IMG/VR virus record: IMGVR_UViG_3300033153_014453
Coordinates: 1-59,721 of that record
Length of the DNA stretch: 59,721 nt
Direction: 5' to 3' (one strand)
DNA from: a virus
Taxonomy: Duplodnaviria > Caudoviricetes
Shown here: positions 1 through 9,169 of the stretch, piece after piece
Position numbering within the stretch: the stretch's first letter is position 1
Layout: every line of letters begins with the position of its first letter
The notes under the pieces: generated by a model
Seen by the model: the letters and a program-made list of their open reading frames with translations, nothing else
Told to the model about the DNA's origin: nothing
The model's database searches: none
Translations under genes and position numbers: made by a program

Positions 1-240
<240 letters not shown>

Positions 241-263
241 TTTTGTTCTCCTTTTGGCACTTC

Positions 264-698
264 TTATGATTTAACCCGAACCATTCGGGCATAAAAATGT
301 TTCCCTATTAATAATTCGATTGGATAAAAAGGACGATTTCGATGCAATACTCCTACTTCGAGTTTAAAGTTATTTTCATCAAACCATTTGAGCCATTCAT
401 ATAATTGAGCTTCAGCTTTTTCTCCACGGCCAAGAACGGCAACACAAGGATGTTTGTGATAGGCATCCGGTGGTATCCAAACATCTCCATTCTTATCCAA
501 TCGATCCCATGTTTCTTCATCATACCATTCATAATCAGGGTAACATCCATTATATGCAATTACTCCTACACATTCTCGCCCAAATCCAACTTCTCCATTA
601 AGTTCTAAGCGAAGGTTATTTTTATTACACCAATCTATCATCCATTTGATTTTTTCTTCGTGATCCATATCTCTCCCAGATCGCTTCTCGGTGTTCAT
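264..698 (-). CDS. Hypothetical phage protein
   Basis: 144-aa ORF in the early operon with RBS. Confidence 0.7.
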   Translation of the reverse strand: MNTEKRSGRDMDHEEKIKWMIDWCNKNNLRLELNGEVGFGRECVGVIAYNGCYPDYEWYDEETWDRLDKNGDVWIPPDAYHKHPCVAVLGRGEKAEAQLYEWLKWFDENNFKLEVGVLHRNRPFYPIELLIGKHFYARMVRVKS

Positions 699-721
699 TC
701 CCTATTCCTCATATTTTTTGT

Positions 722-973
722 TTAAAACCTCAAATCAGGGTAATCTTTCATTCCATTTTCGAACCATCTTTTCCATTCTTTAGCCCAATCAGGGCGATAT
801 TCAGAAGGATGAAGTAAAACCATTTCCGGGTTCTCGTCATAACAATTGAAGATAGGACATCTATAACATAGACCACCTTGGAAGGGAGGTTCTTTTTTGC
901 CTGGGCAATCTTTTGGGCATTTAGTAGGAAATTCTTCTCCGCCGATTATTATGGTTTCTTTTTTAGATCTCAT
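722..973 (-). CDS. Small Cys-rich protein
   Basis: CPKDC...CYRCPIFNC. Confidence 0.7.
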   Translation of the reverse strand: MRSKKETIIIGGEEFPTKCPKDCPGKKEPPFQGGLCYRCPIFNCYDENPEMVLLHPSEYRPDWAKEWKRWFENGMKDYPDLRF

Positions 974-1307
974 CTTGTAGCCTCTTCATAACACTTATTA
1001 CTTTCTTGCCCTCTAACGGTGAAGGCAACTTATTATATCTCTCCCAAAATTCTTTTTGTTCTGTTTCATTCATCGGTTCAATATCGAATTCTCCTATGTG
1101 GGTTTTATCTTTATCATATTTATCGTCCCAAAAACGTGGATCCGTGCATTTTTTCATGAGATATGGTTTTAATGCTTTAAGAGCATTAGGGATCATGTGA
1201 GTCATTATGCCTTTTATTCCTACCAAGTATTCAATGTCTAGGTAAACATGAGACATATCTGTGTGAAGAATTCCAGTTGTGAGATTGCGTAATCTTTGAA
1301 TGTCCAT
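963..1307 (-). CDS. Hypothetical phage protein
   Basis: 114-aa ORF with RBS, co-oriented. Confidence 0.7.
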   Translation of the reverse strand: MDIQRLRNLTTGILHTDMSHVYLDIEYLVGIKGIMTHMIPNALKALKPYLMKKCTDPRFWDDKYDKDKTHIGEFDIEPMNETEQKEFWERYNKLPSPLEGKKVISVMKRLQDEI

Positions 1308-1412
1308 TTTGGTTTCCTTCTTTTTTATCTAAGATTATTGTAATGCCTACGAAGCGTTATTAATTGTTTCTTTTTCTTTATTTATCACTTTCCCCTTATT
1401 TTTATTTAGGAA

Positions 1413-1796
1413 CTAAACAATATATTCCTCAAGTATTATCACATTTTCCATACTTTTTTCTAATCCTTCTTCCCAACCCTCCCATTTTTCTGCCCATTCT
1501 TTTAATGCAAAGTGGATTTCTGCTATTATTCTTTTTGCTTCTGGTTCTGAGGGTGTTTTGGTTATTACTATTCTGTTATCTTTTTCGCTTTCCATTCCTT
1601 GTAGGTATATGCTTTTATCTTCATAAGACAACCACGGGCCAATTGTGCTATATATACTCCACCCGTTTGAGGCTAGGAATTGTTTATACCCACTGTATTC
1701 ATTGTTACGTCTAAATCTTTCATCCATTTCTAGGATTTTAAACAGGATACGGTTGTTGTAGTTAACTAAATGATAACGTAATTTTGGAGTTTTCAT
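1413..1796 (-). CDS. Hypothetical protein
   Basis: 127-aa ORF, co-oriented. Confidence 0.65.
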   Translation of the reverse strand: MKTPKLRYHLVNYNNRILFKILEMDERFRRNNEYSGYKQFLASNGWSIYSTIGPWLSYEDKSIYLQGMESEKDNRIVITKTPSEPEAKRIIAEIHFALKEWAEKWEGWEEGLEKSMENVIILEEYIV

Positions 1797-1819
1797 TTTA
1801 TAAATCCTTAAAGAGTAAT

Positions 1820-2071
1820 TTACTTTATTTTAAAATCTCTCCAAAGTTTCTCAAGTTTAGATACTAGTTCACTTGGAATATAACCATGACCATAACCATC
1901 TTGGGTAAAATAATGACATAAAGTAGGCTGTTCATTTTCGTCGTTTATCATATAAACAATATTTCCATGGTATTCCTTTTTGTATTTTCCTGTTTTTGGA
2001 TCGGGGTCTAGGTTTATTCCGTCTAGTGAACAGATTAATTTTAGTACCTTTAAATCTTTTATAAAATTCAT
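1820..2071 (-). CDS. Hypothetical protein
   Basis: 83-aa ORF, co-oriented. Confidence 0.6.
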   Translation of the reverse strand: MNFIKDLKVLKLICSLDGINLDPDPKTGKYKKEYHGNIVYMINDENEQPTLCHYFTQDGYGHGYIPSELVSKLEKLWRDFKIK

Positions 2072-2079
2072 TTCTAATT

Positions 2080-2979
2080 CTAATCCTCCATAAAAGGATC
2101 CCAGGATTTTACTTCATAAAGTGTGTTTCTTAAATCTTCTACTAATTGCTCATTATTAGCAGTACACAAAGGCATATAAGAGCAATCTTTAAAATAAGCT
2201 CTACAATTCCAATCCTTGCGCCAAAAGGAGTTTTTTCTACAAGAGTTTATTTGATTTATTATATCTATGGTAGATTTTTTCCATTCATTAAGAGCAAAAG
2301 TAGGATAGCTTCCTTGAAGTTTTATTAAATGCTTCCCAGGATCAAAACGTTTGCTTATGCCTAGGATGTCTAGGGATACTTTTATTTTATCTAATGTCCT
2401 TCCAGTAAAGGCTTGGATTAAGAAAGTATAACCCATAAGTTGAGGATTAGGGTTTATTGTGAAGTTATTAACATATTGAGAAGTTTTGTGGTCTGTGATT
2501 ATTATGTAATCATTGTTTTCAGTTACTAGGTCTATTTTTCCTGCAAAGAAAACTCCAGGTGCGAGTTCTTCCATTAAAGGGAGTTCTACATAAGAAATTT
2601 TTTCATTTAAAGTATGATATTTGTCAAAATAAGCAGTTAAAAGAGAAGAACCGAAGATTAAAGTATAGATAGGATTTTTGTTCCTATCAGTTGGCTGTTC
2701 TTCAAAAGGAGCAAAGTTAGATTGGAATATTTGTATTGATTTTTCATTTTTGTTAGGATCATTTGAAGAATACCAAAATTCTAATGCTTTATGAATTGCT
2801 CGACCGAATTCTAGTTTGTAGGTTTCTTCGCTTTTTCTTGTTAAGCCTAGTTCATGGCGGTTGTAGTAATAAAACTGACATCTTCTGAAGTTGTTAAGCA
2901 TTGAGTTATCATAGACGTAGATGTTTTGTTCACGAAGCTTTTTGAGAACTTCTTTTTTTGAGGCTTTTTCTAAGAGCAT
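2080..2979 (-). CDS. PD-(D/E)XK exonuclease, Cas4/AddB-like with probable Fe-S cluster
   Basis: FGRAIH, GKIDLV...DHKT and QLMGY motifs; one N-terminal plus three C-terminal Cys. Confidence 0.85.
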   Translation of the reverse strand: MLLEKASKKEVLKKLREQNIYVYDNSMLNNFRRCQFYYYNRHELGLTRKSEETYKLEFGRAIHKALEFWYSSNDPNKNEKSIQIFQSNFAPFEEQPTDRNKNPIYTLIFGSSLLTAYFDKYHTLNEKISYVELPLMEELAPGVFFAGKIDLVTENNDYIIITDHKTSQYVNNFTINPNPQLMGYTFLIQAFTGRTLDKIKVSLDILGISKRFDPGKHLIKLQGSYPTFALNEWKKSTIDIINQINSCRKNSFWRKDWNCRAYFKDCSYMPLCTANNEQLVEDLRNTLYEVKSWDPFMED

Positions 2980-3007
2980 TTAGATACCTTTCTAAGTTTA
3001 AGTTTAA

Positions 3008-3859
3008 TTATATTTTAAAAGGAAGCTCTTCACATTGAAAACCAGCAGCTCCTTTATGACCTCCACCGCCGAAAGATTTAGCTATTTTACCACAATCTAT
3101 GTTTTCTTTTGTAGAATACAAAGAAACAGTCCATTTGTTAGCTGGAAGTCTTAAGCGAACAAAAGTAATCATAAGATCGTGCTTTTCCGGATCGTAAACT
3201 GAATTGAAGAGTTTAGAATTAGCAAGACCTTTATTTGCACAAATTGCTTTTAGACCATTTAATTCTGTTTCAAAAGCGTAACGGTTACAGAATTTTTCAT
3301 TTTGTGTTTCTTCGTACTCTATGAGTAATTTACCATTTTTCATTATTTTATTATAAAGTGTTGGATTATTGTCAAATAAATCATGCCATAACGCTTGGTT
3401 ATCAGGAAGCGTATTTTTAATGTTCCTCATTCCGTATTGAAAGGGAAGTACATAAGGACTACTATGATCCCAAACATCATATCTTCCAAGCAGATAAATT
3501 ACATCTGGTGTTAAGGCATATTTGCTATGAACATATTCCCAGGTAAGTTCACATCCAGCTTTGTCTATAGCAAGTAGTTGGCCACCAGAAGCCAAAAAAC
3601 CTCTTTTATGTGCTTCATCTAAAGCTGTTTTATGATGGTCAATCCAATGTAGTTTACATATGTTATTAAGTTTTTCCATATCTTCAAATGGTTGTAAAGT
3701 AAAATCAACCATGAAAACTTTTTCATCCTTTACAATTCTATTCCATGGAAATTTATCTCCATAATTAATTCCGAACATTTCACAATCTGGATATGCGTGT
3801 TTTATAATAGCTCCTGAACAGTGACCATCAAGATCTGCTGAATGATAGAAGCATTTCAT
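3008..3859 (-). CDS. DHH/DHHA1 phosphoesterase (NrnA/NrnB-like)
   Basis: DLDG, MVDF, WIDHH and GGGGHKGAAGF motifs. Confidence 0.92.
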   Translation of the reverse strand: MKCFYHSADLDGHCSGAIIKHAYPDCEMFGINYGDKFPWNRIVKDEKVFMVDFTLQPFEDMEKLNNICKLHWIDHHKTALDEAHKRGFLASGGQLLAIDKAGCELTWEYVHSKYALTPDVIYLLGRYDVWDHSSPYVLPFQYGMRNIKNTLPDNQALWHDLFDNNPTLYNKIMKNGKLLIEYEETQNEKFCNRYAFETELNGLKAICANKGLANSKLFNSVYDPEKHDLMITFVRLRLPANKWTVSLYSTKENIDCGKIAKSFGGGGHKGAAGFQCEELPFKI

Positions 3860-4260
3860 TTTTTATTCTCCCTTCTGTTGTTTTCTGACTTTGGACGTTC
3901 GTCTATTAGATTCTTTGGATCTATTGAGATGATTCCATTACATAAGTAAAGATCGTATGAAATAATAATTGGTTCTACTGGTGTTTCATTAATATATTTA
4001 ATCTTTTCCGGTTCTATGTAAAAATTAGGACACCAATCTCCGCAAGGAGCAAGAGAATAAAATGGAGAGGTATAAACAACGGAATAAGTATAAGTATGGG
4101 GATCTTGAACATAAACATGGGAATAATCCTGGTTTTGACACTCGAAATAGTCCCCACAGTAAAGATTTGTTATTTTTATTCCCTGCTTACATAATTGAAG
4201 TTTGAATTTCCCCGCCCGCTCTATGTGAAGAAAGCCATTTTTATCTATTTTTATTTTCAT
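3856..4260 (-). CDS. Hypothetical protein, paralogue of 4266-4580
   Basis: Shared MKIKIDKNGFLxIERAGKFK and CGDWCP. Confidence 0.75.
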   Translation of the reverse strand: MKIKIDKNGFLHIERAGKFKLQLCKQGIKITNLYCGDYFECQNQDYSHVYVQDPHTYTYSVVYTSPFYSLAPCGDWCPNFYIEPEKIKYINETPVEPIIISYDLYLCNGIISIDPKNLIDERPKSENNRRENKK

Positions 4261-4265
4261 TTTAA

Positions 4266-4580
4266 TTATCCTTCTAAACGTTCATCTATAAGTTCTTCGG
4301 GCTTAAGAATATACAAAATGTTGCATATATTTACTATGATACAATCATCTTCAGTTTTATTTGGCTCTATAAAACTAGGACACCAATCTCCGCATTGTTT
4401 AAAGTCAAATGATAGCACAAGTGTAGAATCTGATGGTTGTGTTGAGTTATTAGTTGCTGAATAAAAAACTTTACCCAGTGGATTTATAGCATTTATTATT
4501 CCATTTTTACAAAATTGAGCTTTAAACTTCCCTGCTCGTTCTATAAAAAGAAAGCCATTTTTATCTATTTTTATTTTCAT
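4266..4580 (-). CDS. Hypothetical protein, paralogue of 3856-4260
   Basis: Same shared motifs. Confidence 0.75.
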   Translation of the reverse strand: MKIKIDKNGFLFIERAGKFKAQFCKNGIINAINPLGKVFYSATNNSTQPSDSTLVLSFDFKQCGDWCPSFIEPNKTEDDCIIVNICNILYILKPEELIDERLEG

Positions 4581-4998
4581 TTTTTACCATCCTATCATAA
4601 AGCACAACATTAACGGTAGCGGCTAAGTTCATGCACCCATTAGTGGGAATATAAACAATATCCCTACACCAGGGCAAAATCCTGTTTCCTAAGGTTGCAT
4701 CTTCAGCCCCGAATACATAAAAAGCTCTTTTGGGGTGCTCATATTCGGGCAGCGGGATACCTTCATCAATTAATTCAATAGCGACGGGAACACAATCATA
4801 GGGCAAAACCGAATGGAGGTCATCAACACGCAAGAAAGGAATACGTTGATAGTGTTTCATTGCATCAGTAAGGGTCCATCCGATACGTCTACCACTAATT
4901 ACTAACATTGCAGCATTGAAAACACCAACCGCTCGCATTGCTGCGCCAACGTTGTTTTTATTTTTTGGATTGTCTAATGCTATTATTGCGTAGCCCAT
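4561..4998 (-). CDS. Minimal SpoU/TrmH-family (SPOUT) RNA methyltransferase
   Basis: NNVGAAMRA, VFGAEDATL and IPTNGCMNLAATV motifs. Confidence 0.9.
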   Translation of the reverse strand: MGYAIIALDNPKNKNNVGAAMRAVGVFNAAMLVISGRRIGWTLTDAMKHYQRIPFLRVDDLHSVLPYDCVPVAIELIDEGIPLPEYEHPKRAFYVFGAEDATLGNRILPWCRDIVYIPTNGCMNLAATVNVVLYDRMVKNENKNR

Positions 4999-5033
4999 TT
5001 TGAATCTTAGTTAATGATTATCATTTAGATATT

Positions 5034-5178
5034 TTATTTTTGTTTTTCATTTTTCTTGATCCATCTTCCTTTCTTATCTCTTGGCCAGTTTTTTCTTTCA
5101 TCTTTCATTATTTTGTATAGATATTCTTTATATCCATTTAGCTGAAAATTATTCTCCACCAATTATTATAGTTTCCAT
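5034..5178 (-). pseudogene. Chimeric gene remnant
   Basis: METIIIGGE*FSAK mirrors ETIIIGGEEFPTK of 722-973; another frame carries an orphan C-terminus ...WPRDKKGRWIKK. Confidence 0.6.
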
Positions 5179-5205
5179 TTTAATTCCCTTTCCTTCTGAA
5201 GAAAG

Positions 5206-5475
5206 TTAATACTCCAACATCTCCCTTGCCCTTTTCTTCACGGTTCGCAGTTGGTAAACCGTGCAAGGACAAGATTCAAGTTTTTTAGATCTCGGGAACC
5301 ATGAAAAACAAACATTGCATTGGACACTCGCCCCGAATCCAAGGCTTGTATTTAAAGGACATTTACGACGCTGGATCTCTGGCGGTTGTTTGAGCCACTT
5401 TTTTACTGCTCTTTTTTCTCCTTCACTGAGCCCAACTTTATCCAAGCCCAATGTCTTCAAAGTTCTCCGTCCCAT
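5206..5475 (-). CDS. Small basic Cys-rich protein
   Basis: CP...CNVC...CPC. Confidence 0.65.
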   Translation of the reverse strand: MGRRTLKTLGLDKVGLSEGEKRAVKKWLKQPPEIQRRKCPLNTSLGFGASVQCNVCFSWFPRSKKLESCPCTVYQLRTVKKRAREMLEY

Positions 5476-5548
5476 TTGAGGGCCTCTATGTTATTTTCAT
5501 TTTTTAACTCCTAGATTATTCTAAGGTTATTCTAAAACCTCTTATAAT

Positions 5549-5743
5549 CTAAGCCAACGAGACCATAAATAATCCATTACGCATCCACCACCAAGAGTAA
5601 AGATCCCACCAAAATACTCCCTGATACCATTTTCCACCTATTAAACAAGTATCCTTTTCGCACCAACCGAGATGTATTAATTGAATCTCGAAAGTGGAAG
5701 GATGCTCTCCTTCGGTTTTCATCTCGAATGGAATAATTTTCAT
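5549..5743 (-). CDS. Small Trp-rich protein
   Basis: ORF with AGGAG RBS. Confidence 0.5.
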   Translation of the reverse strand: MKIIPFEMKTEGEHPSTFEIQLIHLGWCEKDTCLIGGKWYQGVFWWDLYSWWWMRNGLFMVSLA

Positions 5744-5788
5744 GCTAGTTCTCCTAGTTATTATTATATTATATAGTTATTTACTACT

Positions 5789-6223
5789 TTAGCGCATAAC
5801 TCCTCGTTTTTCTCGTAAAAGTTCTAAAATAACTTTCCTCATAAGTTCTTTTTCTAAGGCTTTTTTCTTAGAAGAAGATCTTTTTTTCTTTTTAACATTT
5901 AAATGCTCGAAATCTGTTGTACGTTCTTTTTCTAAAGCCGCATCAAGAGAAGAAGAAGTTAAAGGATAAAGATTAATTAAATCCTCAGGAGTTTTTCCTG
6001 TAGGGATTACATGATTCTTTGGAGCAAGAAAAGAATTATCTTCATCTGAGTCTAGGAATTTTAGCTTGTAGTTATTGTTTATTTCTTCAATTACAAGAAC
6101 ACAATAACCTCTTTTTTCAGGTGGGTCTAGTAAAATGCCTAATTCTCCTTTTCTAGCAAAGCGTTTTATAGGAGAATAAAGCAAAGGATTGTAAGGTTTT
6201 AGTCTTGTTTTTGATTTTTGCAT
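5789..6223 (-). CDS. Hypothetical protein
   Basis: 144-aa ORF with basic C-terminus. Confidence 0.65.
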   Translation of the reverse strand: MQKSKTRLKPYNPLLYSPIKRFARKGELGILLDPPEKRGYCVLVIEEINNNYKLKFLDSDEDNSFLAPKNHVIPTGKTPEDLINLYPLTSSSLDAALEKERTTDFEHLNVKKKKRSSSKKKALEKELMRKVILELLREKRGVMR

Positions 6224-6236
6224 TTTAGTTAGGATT

Positions 6237-6437
6237 CTAATTAGGGTTAAAGAATTTTTCTATTAAGATATTTTTAATAATATGATAAGCAAGAAAAAGA
6301 AATAATCCAAGAGAAAAAAATTTGAGAAAAAGAATAAAATCAAGCTCGTGGTTTGTTAAAAGCATAATTAGTAAAGAAGCTAAAGCTATGTCTAAGATCC
6401 ATAGGCATTGAGATAGGAGCTTAAATAAGAGTTTCAT
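6237..6437 (-). CDS. Small two-TM membrane protein
   Basis: Two hydrophobic stretches. Confidence 0.6.
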   Translation of the reverse strand: MKLLFKLLSQCLWILDIALASLLIMLLTNHELDFILFLKFFSLGLFLFLAYHIIKNILIEKFFNPN

Positions 6438-6508
6438 TTATTGAGTTGTTCCTTTCATAGTAATTGATAATGTGTATGATAAGTTATTTCTTGTTAAAAT
6501 CCTTCTTA

Positions 6509-6633
6509 AGAACAAACCCCTTCCAGGCTATGGAATGCTTAGATAAGTATCTTAAAATAAGCACTAGGCCTTTCATCAAGAGTTTGTTCCAGGTGTCTCT
6601 CCAAGCGGGCGCTACTTATCATAGAGACTACCC
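6509..6633 (-). ncRNA. Candidate structured RNA with two abutting kink-turn hairpins
   Basis: GUCUC-UAU-GAU-AAGU..GCUU-GGA-GAGAC and GGAACAAACUCUU-GAU-GAA-AGGC..GCCU-GGA-AGGGGUUUGUUCU; G-U pairs form only on the - strand. Confidence 0.65.
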
Positions 6634-6665
6634 AGGGGAGCAAAAAGTAGAAAACCAAGCAAGGT

Positions 6666-7019
6666 TTAAGATTTAGATCTTATTCTTATTTCTGGAATAT
6701 CTTTTGTTATTTCCATAACAGCAGTTTCTATTCCTTTTAACAAAAGCGTTGATAACACATTACTTATTGCTTGATACATTCTTTTTATGCTAGTTTTATT
6801 CAGAAGTTTTTCCATTTTTTCTATTTCTTCTGTTATATACTTAGGAATAGATACTTCTAAAAGGATCTTCTCTTGTTCATTAAGTTTAGAAGAGTTTTCT
6901 TTTGTTAATCTTAAAGCATCACTTACTATGAAAGCTAGGAAACTTATTTCTAAATTTTCAGTAGAGAAGTTTATATCTTTAAGCAAGGTTTTTGTATCTT
7001 TAGGAGTGATTTTTTTCAC
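6666..7019 (-). CDS. Hypothetical protein
   Basis: 117-aa ORF, GTG start with AGGAG RBS. Confidence 0.6.
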   Translation of the reverse strand: MKKITPKDTKTLLKDINFSTENLEISFLAFIVSDALRLTKENSSKLNEQEKILLEVSIPKYITEEIEKMEKLLNKTSIKRMYQAISNVLSTLLLKGIETAVMEITKDIPEIRIRSKS

Positions 7020-7030
7020 TGAGAGCTCCT

Positions 7031-7759
7031 TTAGGAAAAAGATAATTGTTTTATGAAATATTCTAAGTGATTTATTTTTTCTTTAAAAGGCTTAAGGTGC
7101 ATAGTTTCAGGAGAGGTTTTGAAGATTTTTACTACAGGCAAGAGTAAGTTTAGCTTATTTACTCCTGTTTGGGAGATTTTTAAATAAGCCCGAGTTGAGG
7201 TAAGGAAAGGAGTTAAGAGTAGTAAGAACTCATAACTTAGTTTAGAAATTAAATATTTAATTGTAGTATTTATCGGAGGATGGAAATTCATACAATTTCT
7301 ACAAAATAATGGATAAGTCATATAATTAAGACAATCTTTGTTTTTGTGAATATTAATAAGCTCGTCAAAAAATAAAGTTTTAAGATCTTCTAAAGATTTA
7401 CCTAAAAATGGCAAGGTGGAAGTTAAGTTTTTATTTAAGTTTTCTCTTTTTGGAAGTTTTATTATAAGATCATTTGCTTGATTCAAAAGGCCTGCTAAGT
7501 TTGTAAAGGTTTTTCTTTGTGTTTGAGCTATTTCTTCTAGTTCAATTAGAGTTAAATTATAACTAGGATCAAAGGATTTTTTCTTCATGCAATCATCAAG
7601 AATTGAGTACATAAAGCTAAAAACTATTTCAAGATATATTTTAGAAGTTTTATTAGCTCTTGCTTTTAGGATTTCTTCTTGAAGAGAGAGGTTAGATTTA
7701 AATACTTCTATGGTTTCTATTATTTCTTTTTGCTCTTTTTCCATTTTTTGTTCTTTCAT
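7031..7759 (-). CDS. Hypothetical helical protein
   Basis: 242-aa ORF. Confidence 0.65.
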   Translation of the reverse strand: MKEQKMEKEQKEIIETIEVFKSNLSLQEEILKARANKTSKIYLEIVFSFMYSILDDCMKKKSFDPSYNLTLIELEEIAQTQRKTFTNLAGLLNQANDLIIKLPKRENLNKNLTSTLPFLGKSLEDLKTLFFDELINIHKNKDCLNYMTYPLFCRNCMNFHPPINTTIKYLISKLSYEFLLLLTPFLTSTRAYLKISQTGVNKLNLLLPVVKIFKTSPETMHLKPFKEKINHLEYFIKQLSFS

Positions 7760-7928
7760 TTTTTTCCTCTTTTTCTTCTTCTTCTTCCATTACATCTTCA
7801 GGATCGGTTAAATAAAACCAATCTTCTTGTTCTTCTTCATTGAAACAAATATCCAATGGGTCTTTTGGTTCTAAGGTAGCAAAAAAGGATTTTCCATTTT
7901 GAGTGAAGAAGTTAAAAAGACTTAGCAT
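7698..7928 (-). CDS. Small acidic protein
   Basis: Glu/Asp-rich; RBS favours ATG at 7928. Confidence 0.5.
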   Translation of the reverse strand: MLSLFNFFTQNGKSFFATLEPKDPLDICFNEEEQEDWFYLTDPEDVMEEEEEKEEKNERTKNGKRAKRNNRNHRSI

Positions 7929-8036
7929 TTGCGCCCCTTTCATTAGATTTAAGGTTAAGGTTAAGATTGGAATCTAAAAAAGAAAGGTTTTTTTATTTTT
8001 TATTTTTTAGCTTTTTAACTTTTTCTTACTTCTTAG

Positions 8037-8390
8037 CTAAACTTCTTGCTCCAAGATCCCAAGCTCTGCTAGCTTAGCAACAACCTTAGGATCGTTTTTT
8101 ATTTTTTCTTCTATTTTTTTGAGAAAACTCTCAGGAGAGGATTTTTCAAGAGGAGCTTTTTTATAGGAAGGTTTTTTCTTTAGCTTTATTATCTGATCTG
8201 GAATAGCATTAGCAACAAGAGTTGAGAACTCTTCATCTAGGGAATTTAATTTTTCCCTGTAGGCTTCTATTTTTTTGAAGCAATTTTTTATTGCTTCTTT
8301 TAATTCTTGTTTTTCTTTAAGGATCTCATTCATCCTTGTGCGTTGTTGTTTTATTATTAAGTGTTCTTTTTGATTTAGTGTAAGAGGCAT
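8037..8390 (-). CDS. Coiled-coil hypothetical protein
   Basis: First ORF after the consensus promoter at 8472-8500. Confidence 0.65.
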   Translation of the reverse strand: MPLTLNQKEHLIIKQQRTRMNEILKEKQELKEAIKNCFKKIEAYREKLNSLDEEFSTLVANAIPDQIIKLKKKPSYKKAPLEKSSPESFLKKIEEKIKNDPKVVAKLAELGILEQEV

Positions 8391-8471
8391 TTTTCTTACC
8401 TTTTGTTAAGAGGTTTTAGAAGGGGAGTTTTCGTTTTTCCATTTTATGCTACAAGGTGTAAAGTTTGGCGT

Positions 8472-8500
8472 ATTATAGCATGAAATGGAATAAATGTCAA
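8472..8500 (-). promoter_or_regulatory. Consensus sigma70 promoter
   Basis: TTGACA-17 bp-TATAAT with extended TG. Confidence 0.9.
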
Positions 8501-8601
8501 GTGGGAAATTCATTAAGGATTCTAATAAGTTAGGGAGAAGACTATAGGTCATAACTACTTAATAGCTACATTATAGTTACATTATAGCTATTAATTTATG
8601 T

Positions 8602-9072
8602 TTAAATTCTCAAATAAATAGGCATATCCTTCTTGTTTAATTGCTTAACCTTCCCATTCGGATAACAAATAACTACTTCAGTTATAACCTCAACTTCTTC
8701 TGCACATACAGTTGAGATACATTCCCCCATAGATATAGTAGCTTTACTTCTTTCATAAAACACGGAATAATTGTTATAAAAATCATCTAACAATGCTGGA
8801 TTACCTATTGCTAACGGTCGAATTATTTTTCCTTTTAGTTTTACAAGAAGTATCTTAACAGGGGAATTATGACGTTTTGCGTAACGTTTGGCTATGCCTG
8901 TGGTTGTAAACGGATCATTATAACAAAAAATCCCCATAGTTCCTTTGAGTGCTTTTGTTGTTTTTCCTTTTAAATAACGCTTGACATACTTTTTCGGCAT
9001 GCAGTCCTTTAGTAATGAATAATGGCCTTTTGAGACTAATTTGTAAGCATAAATTTCTTGTTCTTTTTTCAT
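8602..9072 (-). CDS. Hypothetical protein, tandem paralogue 3
   Basis: AYKLVSKGHYS...KRYL...GIF. Confidence 0.75.
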   Translation of the reverse strand: MKKEQEIYAYKLVSKGHYSLLKDCMPKKYVKRYLKGKTTKALKGTMGIFCYNDPFTTTGIAKRYAKRHNSPVKILLVKLKGKIIRPLAIGNPALLDDFYNNYSVFYERSKATISMGECISTVCAEEVEVITEVVICYPNGKVKQLNKKDMPIYLRI

Positions 9073-9169
9073 TTTTAGTTCTCCTTTGTTATTTCAAGAG
9101 GTTAGCAAGATACCTATTTAGGCGTAGCTACATTATAACTATTTTTTCGAGTTTTTAATTTTTCACCTA

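Noticed and set aside
2080-2979. CRISPR-associated cas4
   Set aside because: No other cas genes or array; solo Cas4/AddB-like nucleases are common partners of phage recombinases
6509-6638. Hammerhead ribozyme or SAM-I riboswitch reading of the structured RNA
   Set aside because: The core reads UUGAUGA/GGAA with no NUH site, and the SAM-I conserved elements are absent; K-turn pairing fits better
6464-6676. + strand 70-aa ORF
   Set aside because: TTG start, no RBS, antisense to the whole arm and overlapping the structured element
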